Notes: generated by a model from the letters alone, not told the origin. Counted from the stretch's first letter, positions 19,498 to 27,636 are shown. The stretch is DNA of 32,000 nucleotides from Haloquadratum walsbyi C23 (GCF_000237865.1 NC_017459.1:2970001-3002000); one strand, 5' to 3'. Translations and numbers: made by a program.

Positions 19498-20286
19498 GTG
19501 ACAGAGTCCGAAGCGGACGCGGCTACCCGCGCCCAATCCGAAAAGGACAGTGAGACAGATACAGCGGCGCACTCAAACAGTGAAACGCCAACAACGGAAA
19601 CGACATTTGCTGTTTTGTTTGATATGGACGGTGTCATATTGAAAGGTCGCGGTGCTGACCCGATTGTCCACAAGCAAGCATTTGAAGATATTGTTGAAGA
19701 GCAAGAATGGGGACAGAGTTGGGAACAGTCACTTTCGCAGTCTCATCGGAGTGCGTTTGAGCAATATGAGTACACTGAGGAATTTGTTACTGCATGTGAA
19801 GCCATCGACGTTGATCCGGTCGCATTCTATGCTGCCCGCGAGGAGCGAAGCGCACAACGGATTGTTGATCGGATTGCTGATGGACATCGTGGTGTGTATT
19901 CAGATATTGACGCATTGAACACGCTCGCCGGTGAGATGACACTCGGACTCGTGAGTAATAACTACCATCCAGCAGTCCAATTTGTCGTGGACCATTTTGA
20001 CATTGACCGCTTTGATCATGTGCGTGGACGTGATATCGGCGTTGATGGATTCCGCCGGCGAAAGCCGGATCCACACTATCTTGAGGAAGCACTTGATGCA
20101 CTCGGTGCTGAGAGTGGGGTGTATATTGGCGACCGGGGGACAGATGTAGTTGCTGCCCATCGAGCAGGGCTTGAGAGCGTCTTTCTTCGCCGACCACACA
20201 ATACCGTCGCAACCCTTGATACGGCGCCAACAGCCTCGATTGACGACCTCAGAGACCTTCCAAGAGTGCTTGAACAGATTAAATAA
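19498..20286 (+). CDS. HAD-superfamily hydrolase
   Basis: 262 aa with a GTG start. Motif I is LFDMDGV, the motif III lysine lies in RRRKPDP, and motif IV is YIGDRGTDV. Acidic N-terminal extension. Confidence 0.8.
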   Translation: MTESEADAATRAQSEKDSETDTAAHSNSETPTTETTFAVLFDMDGVILKGRGADPIVHKQAFEDIVEEQEWGQSWEQSLSQSHRSAFEQYEYTEEFVTACEAIDVDPVAFYAAREERSAQRIVDRIADGHRGVYSDIDALNTLAGEMTLGLVSNNYHPAVQFVVDHFDIDRFDHVRGRDIGVDGFRRRKPDPHYLEEALDALGAESGVYIGDRGTDVVAAHRAGLESVFLRRPHNTVATLDTAPTASIDDLRDLPRVLEQIK

Positions 20287-20422
20287 TCAGCTCAGACGAC
20301 TAGACGATCCCGCGTTTATTTTCACTTTGAGATAATACTAAAAGTGACATTATCGATGATATCGGTATCCAGACGCATTGGAGGTCATCATACCGATACT
20401 ACCGTTCTATACAATCCTGTGC

Positions 20423-22027
20423 TCATTCAAGATATCCAAGGTCGCGTAATCGCTCTTGCGCATCAGCATCCATCTCGGCAACGGTATCACCCGTCACATC
20501 ATTACTGACTCCGTCCGCATCCGTCCATGCACCACCGACTGCTGACTCGAAGGCTGTGAGGGTTGCCTCTGTCGCCGTGATTGCGTCCGCTTTCGTCTCA
20601 ATATTCATATCTATGTCCGTTGCATCGGCGTTCATCGCGTCAGCGACTGAGTTCTGTTCGTCAGGGTCACTATCAAGTCGGTATGCTTCATCAGGAATCC
20701 GGTCAATGCGGACATATTTTGCATCGGTCCGTCGAGCTGCACGCATCCGTGAGTAAAATCGTGAATCTTCTGATATTGACACCCCAGCAGCAGCTGCCTT
20801 CTCTTCAAGTTGTTTGAGTTCGACAACCGGTCGTGAATATTCAATAAATGCGTACGAACCATCGCTGCTTTGTTGCGCAGGGTCGGAGTCGGGACTCCCA
20901 GCGTGCGATTCAAAATCACGATAGGAGTCAGACAAGAGTGATCGTGTTCGATCGCGGGCTATTGCAGTCTCTCCTGGAGAGTTTGGATTCCCGCCATCAA
21001 TATCAACTGCATCAAGAACAGTATGATATAGATCAATGAGTTCAACCTGATCATGTCGACGTGCAGCATCTAATTGTGGGTGTTTGATTAACAGTGGAAC
21101 ATTGACCAGTTGATCATACAAACAGAATTCATGTCCGTAGATTCCATGTTCGCCGTGAAGTTCGCCATGGTCTGCACAAACGATAACCATCGTCTCATCC
21201 CACAGTCCCTCCTGTTGTAACCATCCGAATAATCGCCCGAGTTGGGCATCGATATGTGCAATCTCAGCATCATAGAGCGCCTGAATGTCTGCCCATTCCT
21301 CAGCATCAATTGAACGCGCACCGGCATTGTACTCCTTCGAATTTTGACAAACAGCATCTGAGTCAACGTCCGGTGCGAACTCTTCACGGAATGACGCTGG
21401 TGGATGATATGGCAGGTGCGCATCCATGAGATTAATAAATGTAAAAAACTCGCCGTCAGCGGTATCGATAAACTCGATTGTACGGTCGATGACAGCAGGT
21501 GTTTTTGAATCAGCGCCCTCACCACCGGCGAAGTATTCGTGCGCCGTATTGCCAAGGCTGACAAGTGTATCAGCAAGTGTGCGAAGGGACTCATTATCAT
21601 TCAATGTCTTCCACGCACGAGCGAGTGGTCCGGAAAGAAATTCACCAGGCATCACCTCGAAGAAATTATCCTGATCATCGAATCCATCTGTGAGATGCGT
21701 ATACGGGGTGATCCATGCATTCGATGAGTAACAGGCGGTCTGATAGCCCGCTGCAGAAAGTGTTTGTGCAATCGTCGTTGCTCCCTCAAGATATGGGTTC
21801 TCTTGACTTGCACCGTGTTGTGATGGGTATAATCCAGTGAATAATGAGGCATGCACCGGAAGTGTCCATGGCGCCGGAGCGACTGCCTCCTCGAATACTG
21901 TTGCATCCGTCGTGAACGAATCAAGTGTGGGTGTTGTTGGACGGTCATAACCATACGGCGATAGGTGGTCTTTTCTGACCGTATCCATCACCACGAAGAG
22001 AACATTTTCGGGTGATTCAGCAAGCAT
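20423..22027 (-). CDS. sulfatase-family (alkaline-phosphatase superfamily) protein
   Basis: 534 aa. Motifs: NVLFVVMDTVRKDHLSPYGY and VCADHGELHGEHG. The position of the formylglycine motif reads T-L-P-V-H (PWTLPVHASLFTG) rather than C/S-x-P-x-R. Confidence 0.8.
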   Translation of the reverse strand: MLAESPENVLFVVMDTVRKDHLSPYGYDRPTTPTLDSFTTDATVFEEAVAPAPWTLPVHASLFTGLYPSQHGASQENPYLEGATTIAQTLSAAGYQTACYSSNAWITPYTHLTDGFDDQDNFFEVMPGEFLSGPLARAWKTLNDNESLRTLADTLVSLGNTAHEYFAGGEGADSKTPAVIDRTIEFIDTADGEFFTFINLMDAHLPYHPPASFREEFAPDVDSDAVCQNSKEYNAGARSIDAEEWADIQALYDAEIAHIDAQLGRLFGWLQQEGLWDETMVIVCADHGELHGEHGIYGHEFCLYDQLVNVPLLIKHPQLDAARRHDQVELIDLYHTVLDAVDIDGGNPNSPGETAIARDRTRSLLSDSYRDFESHAGSPDSDPAQQSSDGSYAFIEYSRPVVELKQLEEKAAAAGVSISEDSRFYSRMRAARRTDAKYVRIDRIPDEAYRLDSDPDEQNSVADAMNADATDIDMNIETKADAITATEATLTAFESAVGGAWTDADGVSNDVTGDTVAEMDADAQERLRDLGYLE

Positions 22028-22141
22028 ATCTCATTTCGCGGCGACAACATCAAAGACGCATCGGTCTCGTGCGCATCCAATTGTAATTATATTCTGATTG
22101 TGTTTATGCTGATATCGATGGTTTCCTGAATGATATCACGT

Positions 22142-22194
22142 GAACTACCCCACACCCTACTCGCTCACGGCTCGCACCGTTCGCTCCTTGAGGG
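22142..22194 (-). repeat. R2 repeat copy 4 (longest)
   Basis: The reverse complement reads CCCTCAAGGAGCGAACGGTGCGAGCCGTGAGCGAGTAGGGTGTGGGGTAGTTC. Confidence 0.65.
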
Positions 22195-22364
22195 TTGGGC
22201 TCCCTGTTTCTATGACGCGCTTTCCATCCACAACCTCGGAACTACTCGACGAGGTAAATCTGGAGAATAACCTGATTGATGCCATTCCTAGTGATTGGTG
22301 ATGAATGTACAAACAGTAGTTCTGGCAATAATAATAGCGACAGACGTGAAATCAGTACGCAGTT

Positions 22365-22736
22365 CTAGAACGGAGCCTGTGGACCTTCGTCGGACGTTCC
22401 ACTATCATCAGAAGTCTCACCAGGGAATGACGGAGAGGACCCACCGTGTCCATGACCGCCACTATCCATGCCGGTGTCAGCGTGAACGGTTTCGATTTCA
22501 GAAATTTCTTTGACCATTCGGCTTTTAATCGCCTGAATAGTCATTGGGGAGATGCCACACCCTGAACAAGCGCCACCGAGTTGTATTGAAACTTCACCTG
22601 CTTCAGGGTCAAGATGCTGGATTGCCGCGGATCCACCGTGCATTTGAATTTGTGGGAAGTTTCGGCGGAGGAAATTTGTCACGCGCTCTTTCAGCTCTTT
22701 CGTTTCATTCTCAGCGTCCGCAGTTTCCGTGCTCAT
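22365..22736 (-). CDS. Nfu/NifU-like Fe-S cluster assembly domain protein
   Basis: 123 aa from the ATG at 22736-22734. Motif: FPQIQMHGGSAAIQHLDPEAGEVSIQLGGACSGCGISPMTIQ (CxxC). The upstream 80 codons of the 203-aa ORF are AT-rich and not protein-like. Confidence 0.8.
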   Translation of the reverse strand: MSTETADAENETKELKERVTNFLRRNFPQIQMHGGSAAIQHLDPEAGEVSIQLGGACSGCGISPMTIQAIKSRMVKEISEIETVHADTGMDSGGHGHGGSSPSFPGETSDDSGTSDEGPQAPF

Positions 22737-22761
22737 ACTGTATATATTATGAGCGAACGGC

Positions 22762-23103
22762 TTAGACCTTTGGTTCAGACTCATCGTCAAGTCCAAACAC
22801 ACGTCGATGTTGCTGTTGAAGTTCATCGACATATGTCTCAAGCACCGTCTGGAGTTTTTGATCGTCAACGACGATTGCAGTGAGACGATCGGTTGGATTC
22901 TCCGGAAGTTGAATCTCGAATGAGTCCGTCTCTGTGTTATAAAATGGCTCAGACTCATTGAGGATTTGCTGATCAATTGCGTGAATCAACTCAGAGTCAT
23001 ATCGATTATTCATCGACTCAAATGCGTTTTTATACGCGCGCTGAAGTTCAGCAAAGTAATTGGCGTATTTATCCTCAAACTGCTCTGGGTCGAACTCAGC
23101 CAT
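22762..23103 (-). CDS. acidic hypothetical protein
   Basis: 113 aa (MAEFDPEQFEDKYANYFAELQRAYKNAFE...). Halophile-like composition, ATG start, no family recognised. Confidence 0.6.
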   Translation of the reverse strand: MAEFDPEQFEDKYANYFAELQRAYKNAFESMNNRYDSELIHAIDQQILNESEPFYNTETDSFEIQLPENPTDRLTAIVVDDQKLQTVLETYVDELQQQHRRVFGLDDESEPKV

Positions 23104-23391
23104 TACTGATATATCACCACTGACGCTACAAACCGATTCGGGTTCAGATGTGGGGACGATGAACCGGAGATAATAAATTCATGGTTACAATCTCTTCATG
23201 AACATGGTTAGTCTACGGTAATACAGTTTACTTATATCCTAAAGCGGAATTGTTTCAGGCTCTCATCTCTGTCCAACTCATTTTGCTCTGCGTCGACGAG
23301 CGGGCGCTTGCGAGCGATTCCAGCAGGCGATGAACTAGCGAGTCAGATTCAACTATCTTCCTGTCGACTCGCTATGACTGACGAAGCGTGT

Positions 23392-23418
23392 AAACTACCC
23401 TACCCTACTCGTTGAGCG
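23392..23418 (-). repeat. R2 repeat copy 5 (partial), near the island's left edge
   Basis: The reverse complement reads CGCTCAACGAGTAGGGTAGGGTAGTTT. It has the same AACTACCC..CCCTACTCG core as copy 4. Confidence 0.55.
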
Positions 23419-23447
23419 TAAGGCTTTCACATGGACTCCCGTTCTAG

Positions 23448-24199
23448 CCTTCACAGGCAGGCGAATACTCGCCGTTCATCTTCAACGTCCCGCGATTCAA
23501 GCGCACGTTTACACGAATTCTCGACACCTGCGAAGCGGAGTACGTCATCGTCAGTGGGTACGTCGCGATCCTCACTGGGCGATCTCGGTCGACAAAGGAC
23601 ATCGACGTCATTCTGGAGTCGCTGTCTGAAACGGAGACTGAGCAGTTGGTTACCGAACTCAAAAATCAGGGGTACTGGGGGATGGCAATGCCGCTCGATG
23701 AGATGTATTGAACCTCTGTGAATCCATTCTCACGGTGAGAATGGTTTTGTAAGTTCTGTCGGAAAAGCAGGAAGCCTTGGGGTTTAGTGATTCAACAAAC
23801 TTCTGGGTGAGCTGATTCACTAATTCGATACGAGAGAACTACTCTGACCGGTGCATGTCTAGTTAACCACCCAGTTCTTCTGTGAACTACTAGACCCCAA
23901 GGCAGATTCACCCGAACTTTGAGACGTGGTTTGTTTCAAACGATGTTGAGCGTGAGGCCCTCTCCAATCCCCTCACGGTGACATTCGATGAGGGGCAGAT
24001 CGAGATCAGCCCGCTCGAACTCCAAATTGCGTACAAACTCCGACTCGCACAAGCTGCAGACAGCCTCAGCGGGAAGGATTTCGAAGATGCACTCCACCTG
24101 TACTTGACCTTCGAGGAACGATTTAACACGGAGCAGCTTGAAATCTACGTCAACGGGCTTGGAGTGGAGGACTACTATGCTGAACTCACAGGAGTTTGA
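23448..24199 (+). pseudogene. minimal nucleotidyltransferase-fold gene that is 5'-truncated, prematurely stopped and split by a MITE
   Basis: One frame is open from 23448 with no ATG or GTG: ...FKRTFTRILDTCEAEYVIVSGYVAILTGRSRSTKDIDVILE...GYWGMAMPLDEMY. It stops at TGA 23709-23711. The C-terminal part resumes in another frame right after the MITE (23903 QIHPNFETWFVSNDVEREAL..TFDEGQIEISPLELQIAYKL..DALHLY) and runs to TGA 24197-24199. Confidence 0.6.
23775..23902. mobile_element. 128-bp MITE-like insert with ~20-bp terminal inverted repeats
   Basis: The left end is CCTTGGGGTTTAGTGATTCA. The reverse complement of the right end is CCTTGGGGTCTAGTAGTTCA, matching at 17 of 20 positions. The interior is AT-richer than the flanks and has no ORF. 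Confidence 0.6.
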
Positions 24200-24407
24200 G
24201 GACGACCATCGTCGGAACACAGAGCAACGGCGTGAGATGATCAAGCGATGGGCCGAGTACGTTCGGACGCATGACGATAGTGAGTGGTCACGCCAACAGA
24301 ATCGGCTCATCGACTCGCAGCTTCAATCGGCGAACGAGGTGGCTGCGGCTGGCGACACGGATCCCGTTCGGTTCGCGACCGCTCGCGATCGGCTGCGCGA
24401 CCGATGA
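24177..24407 (+). CDS. small hypothetical protein
   Basis: 76 aa (MLNSQEFEDDHRRNTEQRREMIKRWAEYVRTHDDSEWSRQQNRLIDSQ...). The start overlaps the preceding gene's end by 23 nt, and the stop overlaps the next start (ATGA). Confidence 0.5.
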   Translation: MLNSQEFEDDHRRNTEQRREMIKRWAEYVRTHDDSEWSRQQNRLIDSQLQSANEVAAAGDTDPVRFATARDRLRDR

Positions 24408-24802
24408 CCGACGAGGATTCGCTTTCGCAGGAGATCGTGGCCGCTTACTACGATAATGAAATCGCTGTCGACAGCGAGACCTTCCAGGAATTCGTTGCTA
24501 CGAAATACTACGACGACCAACTCAAGTACGAGTCAGTTAAGCAGCTGGTTGGCGCTGAAACTGCCCAGCGACTGCGTCTGCTCAAAGCGGATGTCAAGGA
24601 CGAGCCACTTGATATTGTCGCCCCCGCCACCGGTGATGTCTCCGAGGGTGACGCAAAGACGGTCGACGACGAGGTCCGCCAGCTCTACGAGCGGTATCAG
24701 GCAGCCGAGAGCGACGCCGAGCGTCGCGAGGTCGCCCTCAAGATGGGAAAGCTCGACGGACGCCGCCACACGAGGATCTATGCAGCACTCGAAGGCGGGT
24801 GA
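24404..24802 (+). CDS. hypothetical protein sharing the C-terminal module of the neighbouring RHH antitoxin
   Basis: 132 aa. SQEIVAAYYDNEIAVDSETF...VKQLVGAETAQRLRLLKADV parallels TQEIAAAYYDDEITFEQLKALVGAEEAANIRVLKQQL in the protein encoded at 25003-25305. Confidence 0.6.
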   Translation: MTDEDSLSQEIVAAYYDNEIAVDSETFQEFVATKYYDDQLKYESVKQLVGAETAQRLRLLKADVKDEPLDIVAPATGDVSEGDAKTVDDEVRQLYERYQAAESDAERREVALKMGKLDGRRHTRIYAALEGG

Positions 24803-24946
24803 GTCAACAGGTTCTCAGCGCCTCCTTAGCTATCCACGACTGCATTGCTACCCAGCGACGACGCCTCGTGGTCAACCGACCATCACGGCGTACTGAGGCT
24901 TGTCCTTGAGGAGCATCTCGTGACCGGGTAACGCTTGGTCGAGTGA

Positions 24947-25001
24947 GGCTCACATCGTACACACGAAAACGGCTAAGTGAATTGGCTCACAATGTACACA
25001 T
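24947..25001. promoter_or_regulatory. direct repeat pair upstream of the RHH gene (candidate operator)
   Basis: GGCTCACATCGTACACA (24947-24963) and GGCTCACAATGTACACA (24984-25000) are 15/17 identical and 37 nt apart. The second ends 2 nt before the ATG. The first lies within the palindrome GTGAGGCTCAC. Confidence 0.35.
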
Positions 25002-25002
25002 C

Positions 25003-25305
25003 ATGAGCACCGATAAGAAGCGCGTGCAGTTTCGGGCCCCCGATCGGCTCATCGACCGCGCCGACGCACTGGCTGCAGTCCTCGGGGAAGACCGAACAGA
25101 TATCCTCGTGACCGCGCTTCGGGAGTACCTCCAAGACGCCGCTCACGACGACGCCCTCACTCAAGAGATCGCCGCCGCCTATTACGACGATGAGATCACC
25201 TTCGAGCAACTCAAAGCGCTCGTCGGCGCCGAAGAGGCGGCAAATATCCGAGTGTTGAAACAGCAGTTGGACGAGGACTTCATCGACGAGGTCGCCGACG
25301 CGTAG
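25003..25305 (+). CDS. ribbon-helix-helix (CopG-like) antitoxin
   Basis: 100 aa. KKRVQFRAPDRLIDRADALAAVLGEDRTDILVTALREYL is a typical RHH N-terminus. Its stop codon abuts the start of the PIN gene. Confidence 0.7.
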   Translation: MSTDKKRVQFRAPDRLIDRADALAAVLGEDRTDILVTALREYLQDAAHDDALTQEIAAAYYDDEITFEQLKALVGAEEAANIRVLKQQLDEDFIDEVADA

Positions 25306-25818
25306 ATGTCGCGGCTCATCGCAGATGCCTCCGCTCTCGTGAGTCTCGGGATCGTTACTGACGACGATCCCGATCCACTCACACTCTGTCTCTCCCGGTA
25401 CGAGGTCGTCGTCCCAACAGCGGTTATGGATGAACTCCGGGAGATCGCCTCCTACGATGACATCCATGGACACGCCGCGTCCGCCGTCCTCGATCGGGTG
25501 GATGCACTCACGACACAGTCGGTGGACCTCGATGCCGAGTTTCCGCTCGATGACGGTGAGAACACGGCCGTCACCCTCGCGAACGATCTCGATGCTGCGC
25601 TCTTCCTCTGTGACGAGTTCACCCAACTTGGCTTGATCCACGCCTCACTCGCTGATACCCGGCTCGTCACGACACCGACGCTGCTCTCGATTTTCGTTCG
25701 GACTGGACACCTATCAGCTGCCAATGCGCGATTACTCCTTGATGCGATCAGTGACGCCCGTAGCTGGGGCGCGAGCAGTTACGTGCAGCGAGCTCGCTCA
25801 TTGCTCAAGAAGCCCTAA
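25306..25818 (+). CDS. PIN-domain protein (VapC-like or DUF3368-like toxin)
   Basis: 170 aa. Acidic PIN positions are in IADASALVSL, VMDELREI, DDGENTAVTLA and FLCDEF. The ATG follows the RHH stop directly (TAGATG). Confidence 0.7.
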   Translation: MSRLIADASALVSLGIVTDDDPDPLTLCLSRYEVVVPTAVMDELREIASYDDIHGHAASAVLDRVDALTTQSVDLDAEFPLDDGENTAVTLANDLDAALFLCDEFTQLGLIHASLADTRLVTTPTLLSIFVRTGHLSAANARLLLDAISDARSWGASSYVQRARSLLKKP

Positions 25819-25926
25819 CACCGTGGGGGATACTTCGAAGTAAACAGAAATGCCCGATAGCGACGCTCTCTACGACGTTCGTGAACGAAGCAAGAATCCC
25901 GAGAGACACACGGCTACGAAGAGACT

Positions 25927-26148
25927 GTGCTCGCCTGCTTCGACACCCACTCAACGTGGAACCTCCACGTCGACGAGAAGCTCCGTCGCGACCTACCCGA
26001 TGGGTCGGCGCGGGTGAAGATCCTCGGCGCACCGGGTGCCTACGAGGTCGACTGGTGGAGTCCAGCACCCGGCGATGACTGGCAGCCGGTCAAGCGTGGT
26101 GAATTCGATGAGGTCGACGAACCAGCCGAGATCTCCCATCTCGCGTAG
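25927..26148 (+). CDS. hypothetical protein (GTG start, or 3' part of a frameshifted gene starting at ATG 25850)
   Basis: 73 aa (VLACFDTHSTWNLHVDEKLRRDLPDGSARVKILGAPGAYEVDWWSPAPGDDWQPVKRGEF...). The frame is open upstream to 25885 without a start. A different frame carries ATG 25850 (MPDSDALYDVRERSKNPERH). Confidence 0.45.
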   Translation: MLACFDTHSTWNLHVDEKLRRDLPDGSARVKILGAPGAYEVDWWSPAPGDDWQPVKRGEFDEVDEPAEISHLA

Positions 26149-26170
26149 GGGCAAGCAGTCCCTATGGCTG

Positions 26171-26175
26171 TTTTT
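26171..26175 (+). terminator. oligo-T tract after stop 26148
   Basis: A T5 run (GGCTGTTTTT) lies 23 nt after the stop. Archaeal RNA polymerase terminates at oligo-dT. Confidence 0.3.
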
Positions 26176-26222
26176 CCCCCGGGGTGCGGGGGTGCTCGAA
26201 CGAGTCGCTCCCGAACAGACCG

Positions 26223-26624
26223 ATGAGTAGACCTAGCGACACACACTCGATTGAACAGACACACCCAGCGAGCGGCTGCGACATCGCCTACGTCGGGTAT
26301 CGGCAGAGCGGGCAGGCTATCGTTGAGAAACGTCCCGGCCAAGAACGGCTCACGCCAGAGCGGAGTCTCGCACTGTTGAATCGCAGTCCCTCGGGATTCG
26401 AATGGGGATATGGTAGTAGTGGTCCGGCACAACTCGCGCTCGCACTCCTCCTCGACTACACAGGTGACGAAGCGTTCGCCCTCGACCACTACCAGGCGTT
26501 CAAAACCGAGGTCGTGAGCCAGCTGGACTGTGCTGGGTCTGCTTGAAGCTGGCGACTCACCGGGGCCGAGATCGATGCAGTCCTTCACGAAACACCCGGC
26601 AAGCCGGTCGCACCGTCCATCTAA
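26223..26624 (+). pseudogene. DUF6166-like gene with an in-frame TGA at 26544-26546
   Basis: MSRPSDTHS...SPSGFEWGYGSSGPAQLALALLLDYTGDEAFALDHYQAFKTEVVSQLDCAGSA-TGA-SWRLTGAEIDAVLHETPGKPVAPSI-TAA. The same frame continues for 25 sense codons after the stop. Confidence 0.55.
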
Positions 26625-26646
26625 ATACCAATCACCGAAAGAATCC

Positions 26647-26910
26647 ATGTCAGAACATACCCAACCATCTCGTGCGGATGGCGAATCGGCCGAAACCAGT
26701 GAACAGGCGACACGAACGGAATACGTCGGCGTTTCCCTTACCGTGAAGCTTACTCGCGGGACTGGCACCCGCGATCGGAACAAAATCGTGGTCAAAGCGA
26801 AGGGCAAGACCCTCGAGGACGCTCGCGAGGATATGGAGATTCTTCGGGAGTACATCCACGATCTCGCTGAGGACGCCCGCCAGATCCAACCCGAGGAAGA
26901 AGACGGGTAA
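26647..26910 (+). CDS. hypothetical protein
   Basis: 87 aa (MSEHTQPSRADGESAETSEQATRTEYVGVSLTVKLTRGTGTRDRNKIVVKAKGKTLEDAREDMEILREYIHDLAEDARQIQPEEEDG). ATG start, plausible composition. Confidence 0.6.
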   Translation: MSEHTQPSRADGESAETSEQATRTEYVGVSLTVKLTRGTGTRDRNKIVVKAKGKTLEDAREDMEILREYIHDLAEDARQIQPEEEDG

Positions 26911-26922
26911 CGGCGGGGGCTG

Positions 26923-26928
26923 TTTTTT
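26923..26928 (+). terminator. oligo-T tract after stop 26910
   Basis: A T6 run (GGGGGCTGTTTTTTG). Confidence 0.3.
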
Positions 26929-26959
26929 GTCGCCTCAGCAGTAGCGGAGGCGATCATCA

Positions 26960-27181
26960 GTGAGCAATCCTGACGGTCAATCGACTGACGTGAGCGAGCT
27001 TTCACCAGAATAACGGCTCGAACCCCAGAATACGCGACTGATCAACGCTGGTATCGTGACGATCAACGATATGGAGACGCTGCGAGCCTGCGTCGCCTAC
27101 GAGAACGCGAATCAGCAACGAATCCCGATTCTTCGCCAGCTCAAAGATCGGGCCAGCGAAATTCGCGCAGAAGACGATTGA
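26960..27181 (+). pseudogene. small gene with a possible in-frame TAA at 27011-27013 (alternatively a short intact ORF from GTG 27056 or ATG 27071)
   Basis: GTG-SNPDGQSTDVSELSPE-TAA-RLEPQNTRLINAGIVTINDMETLRACVAYENANQQRIPILRQLKDRASEIRAEDD-TGA, all in one frame. Confidence 0.35.
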
Positions 27182-27234
27182 CGCAGCACTCGGAGGTGTC
27201 TGTCGGAGCCTCGGTGGGTGGAGGCTCAATCCAG

Positions 27235-27534
27235 ATGAGCGATCGACCAGAAGTCGAGATTCACCGACAGACTGCGTTCGGTGACGATGGCCAACTCGAA
27301 GTAACCGAAACGAGCGTCGAGACCTCACTCGAGGATTTCGGCGCTGACGTGGATCGTCGCGACCGAGATTCGCGTCTTGACCAGCCCGAGGCGAGTGAGT
27401 TCGGCGTCGACGATCGACCCGAAGTGGAGCAAACATCCGAGGGAGATCAGTCAACCCTCTTCGCTGATACGGACGAGAATCAGCAAACCCTCACTGGCGA
27501 CGATGCAGCCGCTCGCTGTCTCTTCGAAGAATAG
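27235..27534 (+). CDS. very acidic hypothetical protein
   Basis: 99 aa (MSDRPEVEIHRQTAFGDDGQLEVTETSVETSLEDFGADVDRRDRDSRLDQPE...TLFADTDENQQTLTGDDAAARCLFEE). Confidence 0.6.
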   Translation: MSDRPEVEIHRQTAFGDDGQLEVTETSVETSLEDFGADVDRRDRDSRLDQPEASEFGVDDRPEVEQTSEGDQSTLFADTDENQQTLTGDDAAARCLFEE

Positions 27535-27636
27535 ACTGCCCCTATTGATTAGTTATCCGTCTAAATATTGTAGTCTGAACTATAATAGTCTGAGTTCTAA
27601 TTTTGAAGCGACGCTGAGGGCCTAATAGCCGGTGGG

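Noticed and set aside
20287-20422. Regulatory element between the convergent HAD and sulfatase genes (stems TCACTTT/AAAGTGA and ATCGGTAT/ATACCGAT)
   Set aside because: These are most simply terminator or spacer hairpins between convergent genes. They are not repeated elsewhere in the window and I have no further support.
26040-27005. 321-aa minus-strand ORF, and similar antisense ORFs at 24973-25641, 27002-27454, 28931-29164, 29109-29516, 29462-29965 and 30186-30659
   Set aside because: They have Arg/Ser/Pro-rich, basic, non-halophile composition. They run antisense across several better plus-strand (or minus-strand) genes and across intergenic spacers. Long open antisense frames are expected in GC-rich DNA.
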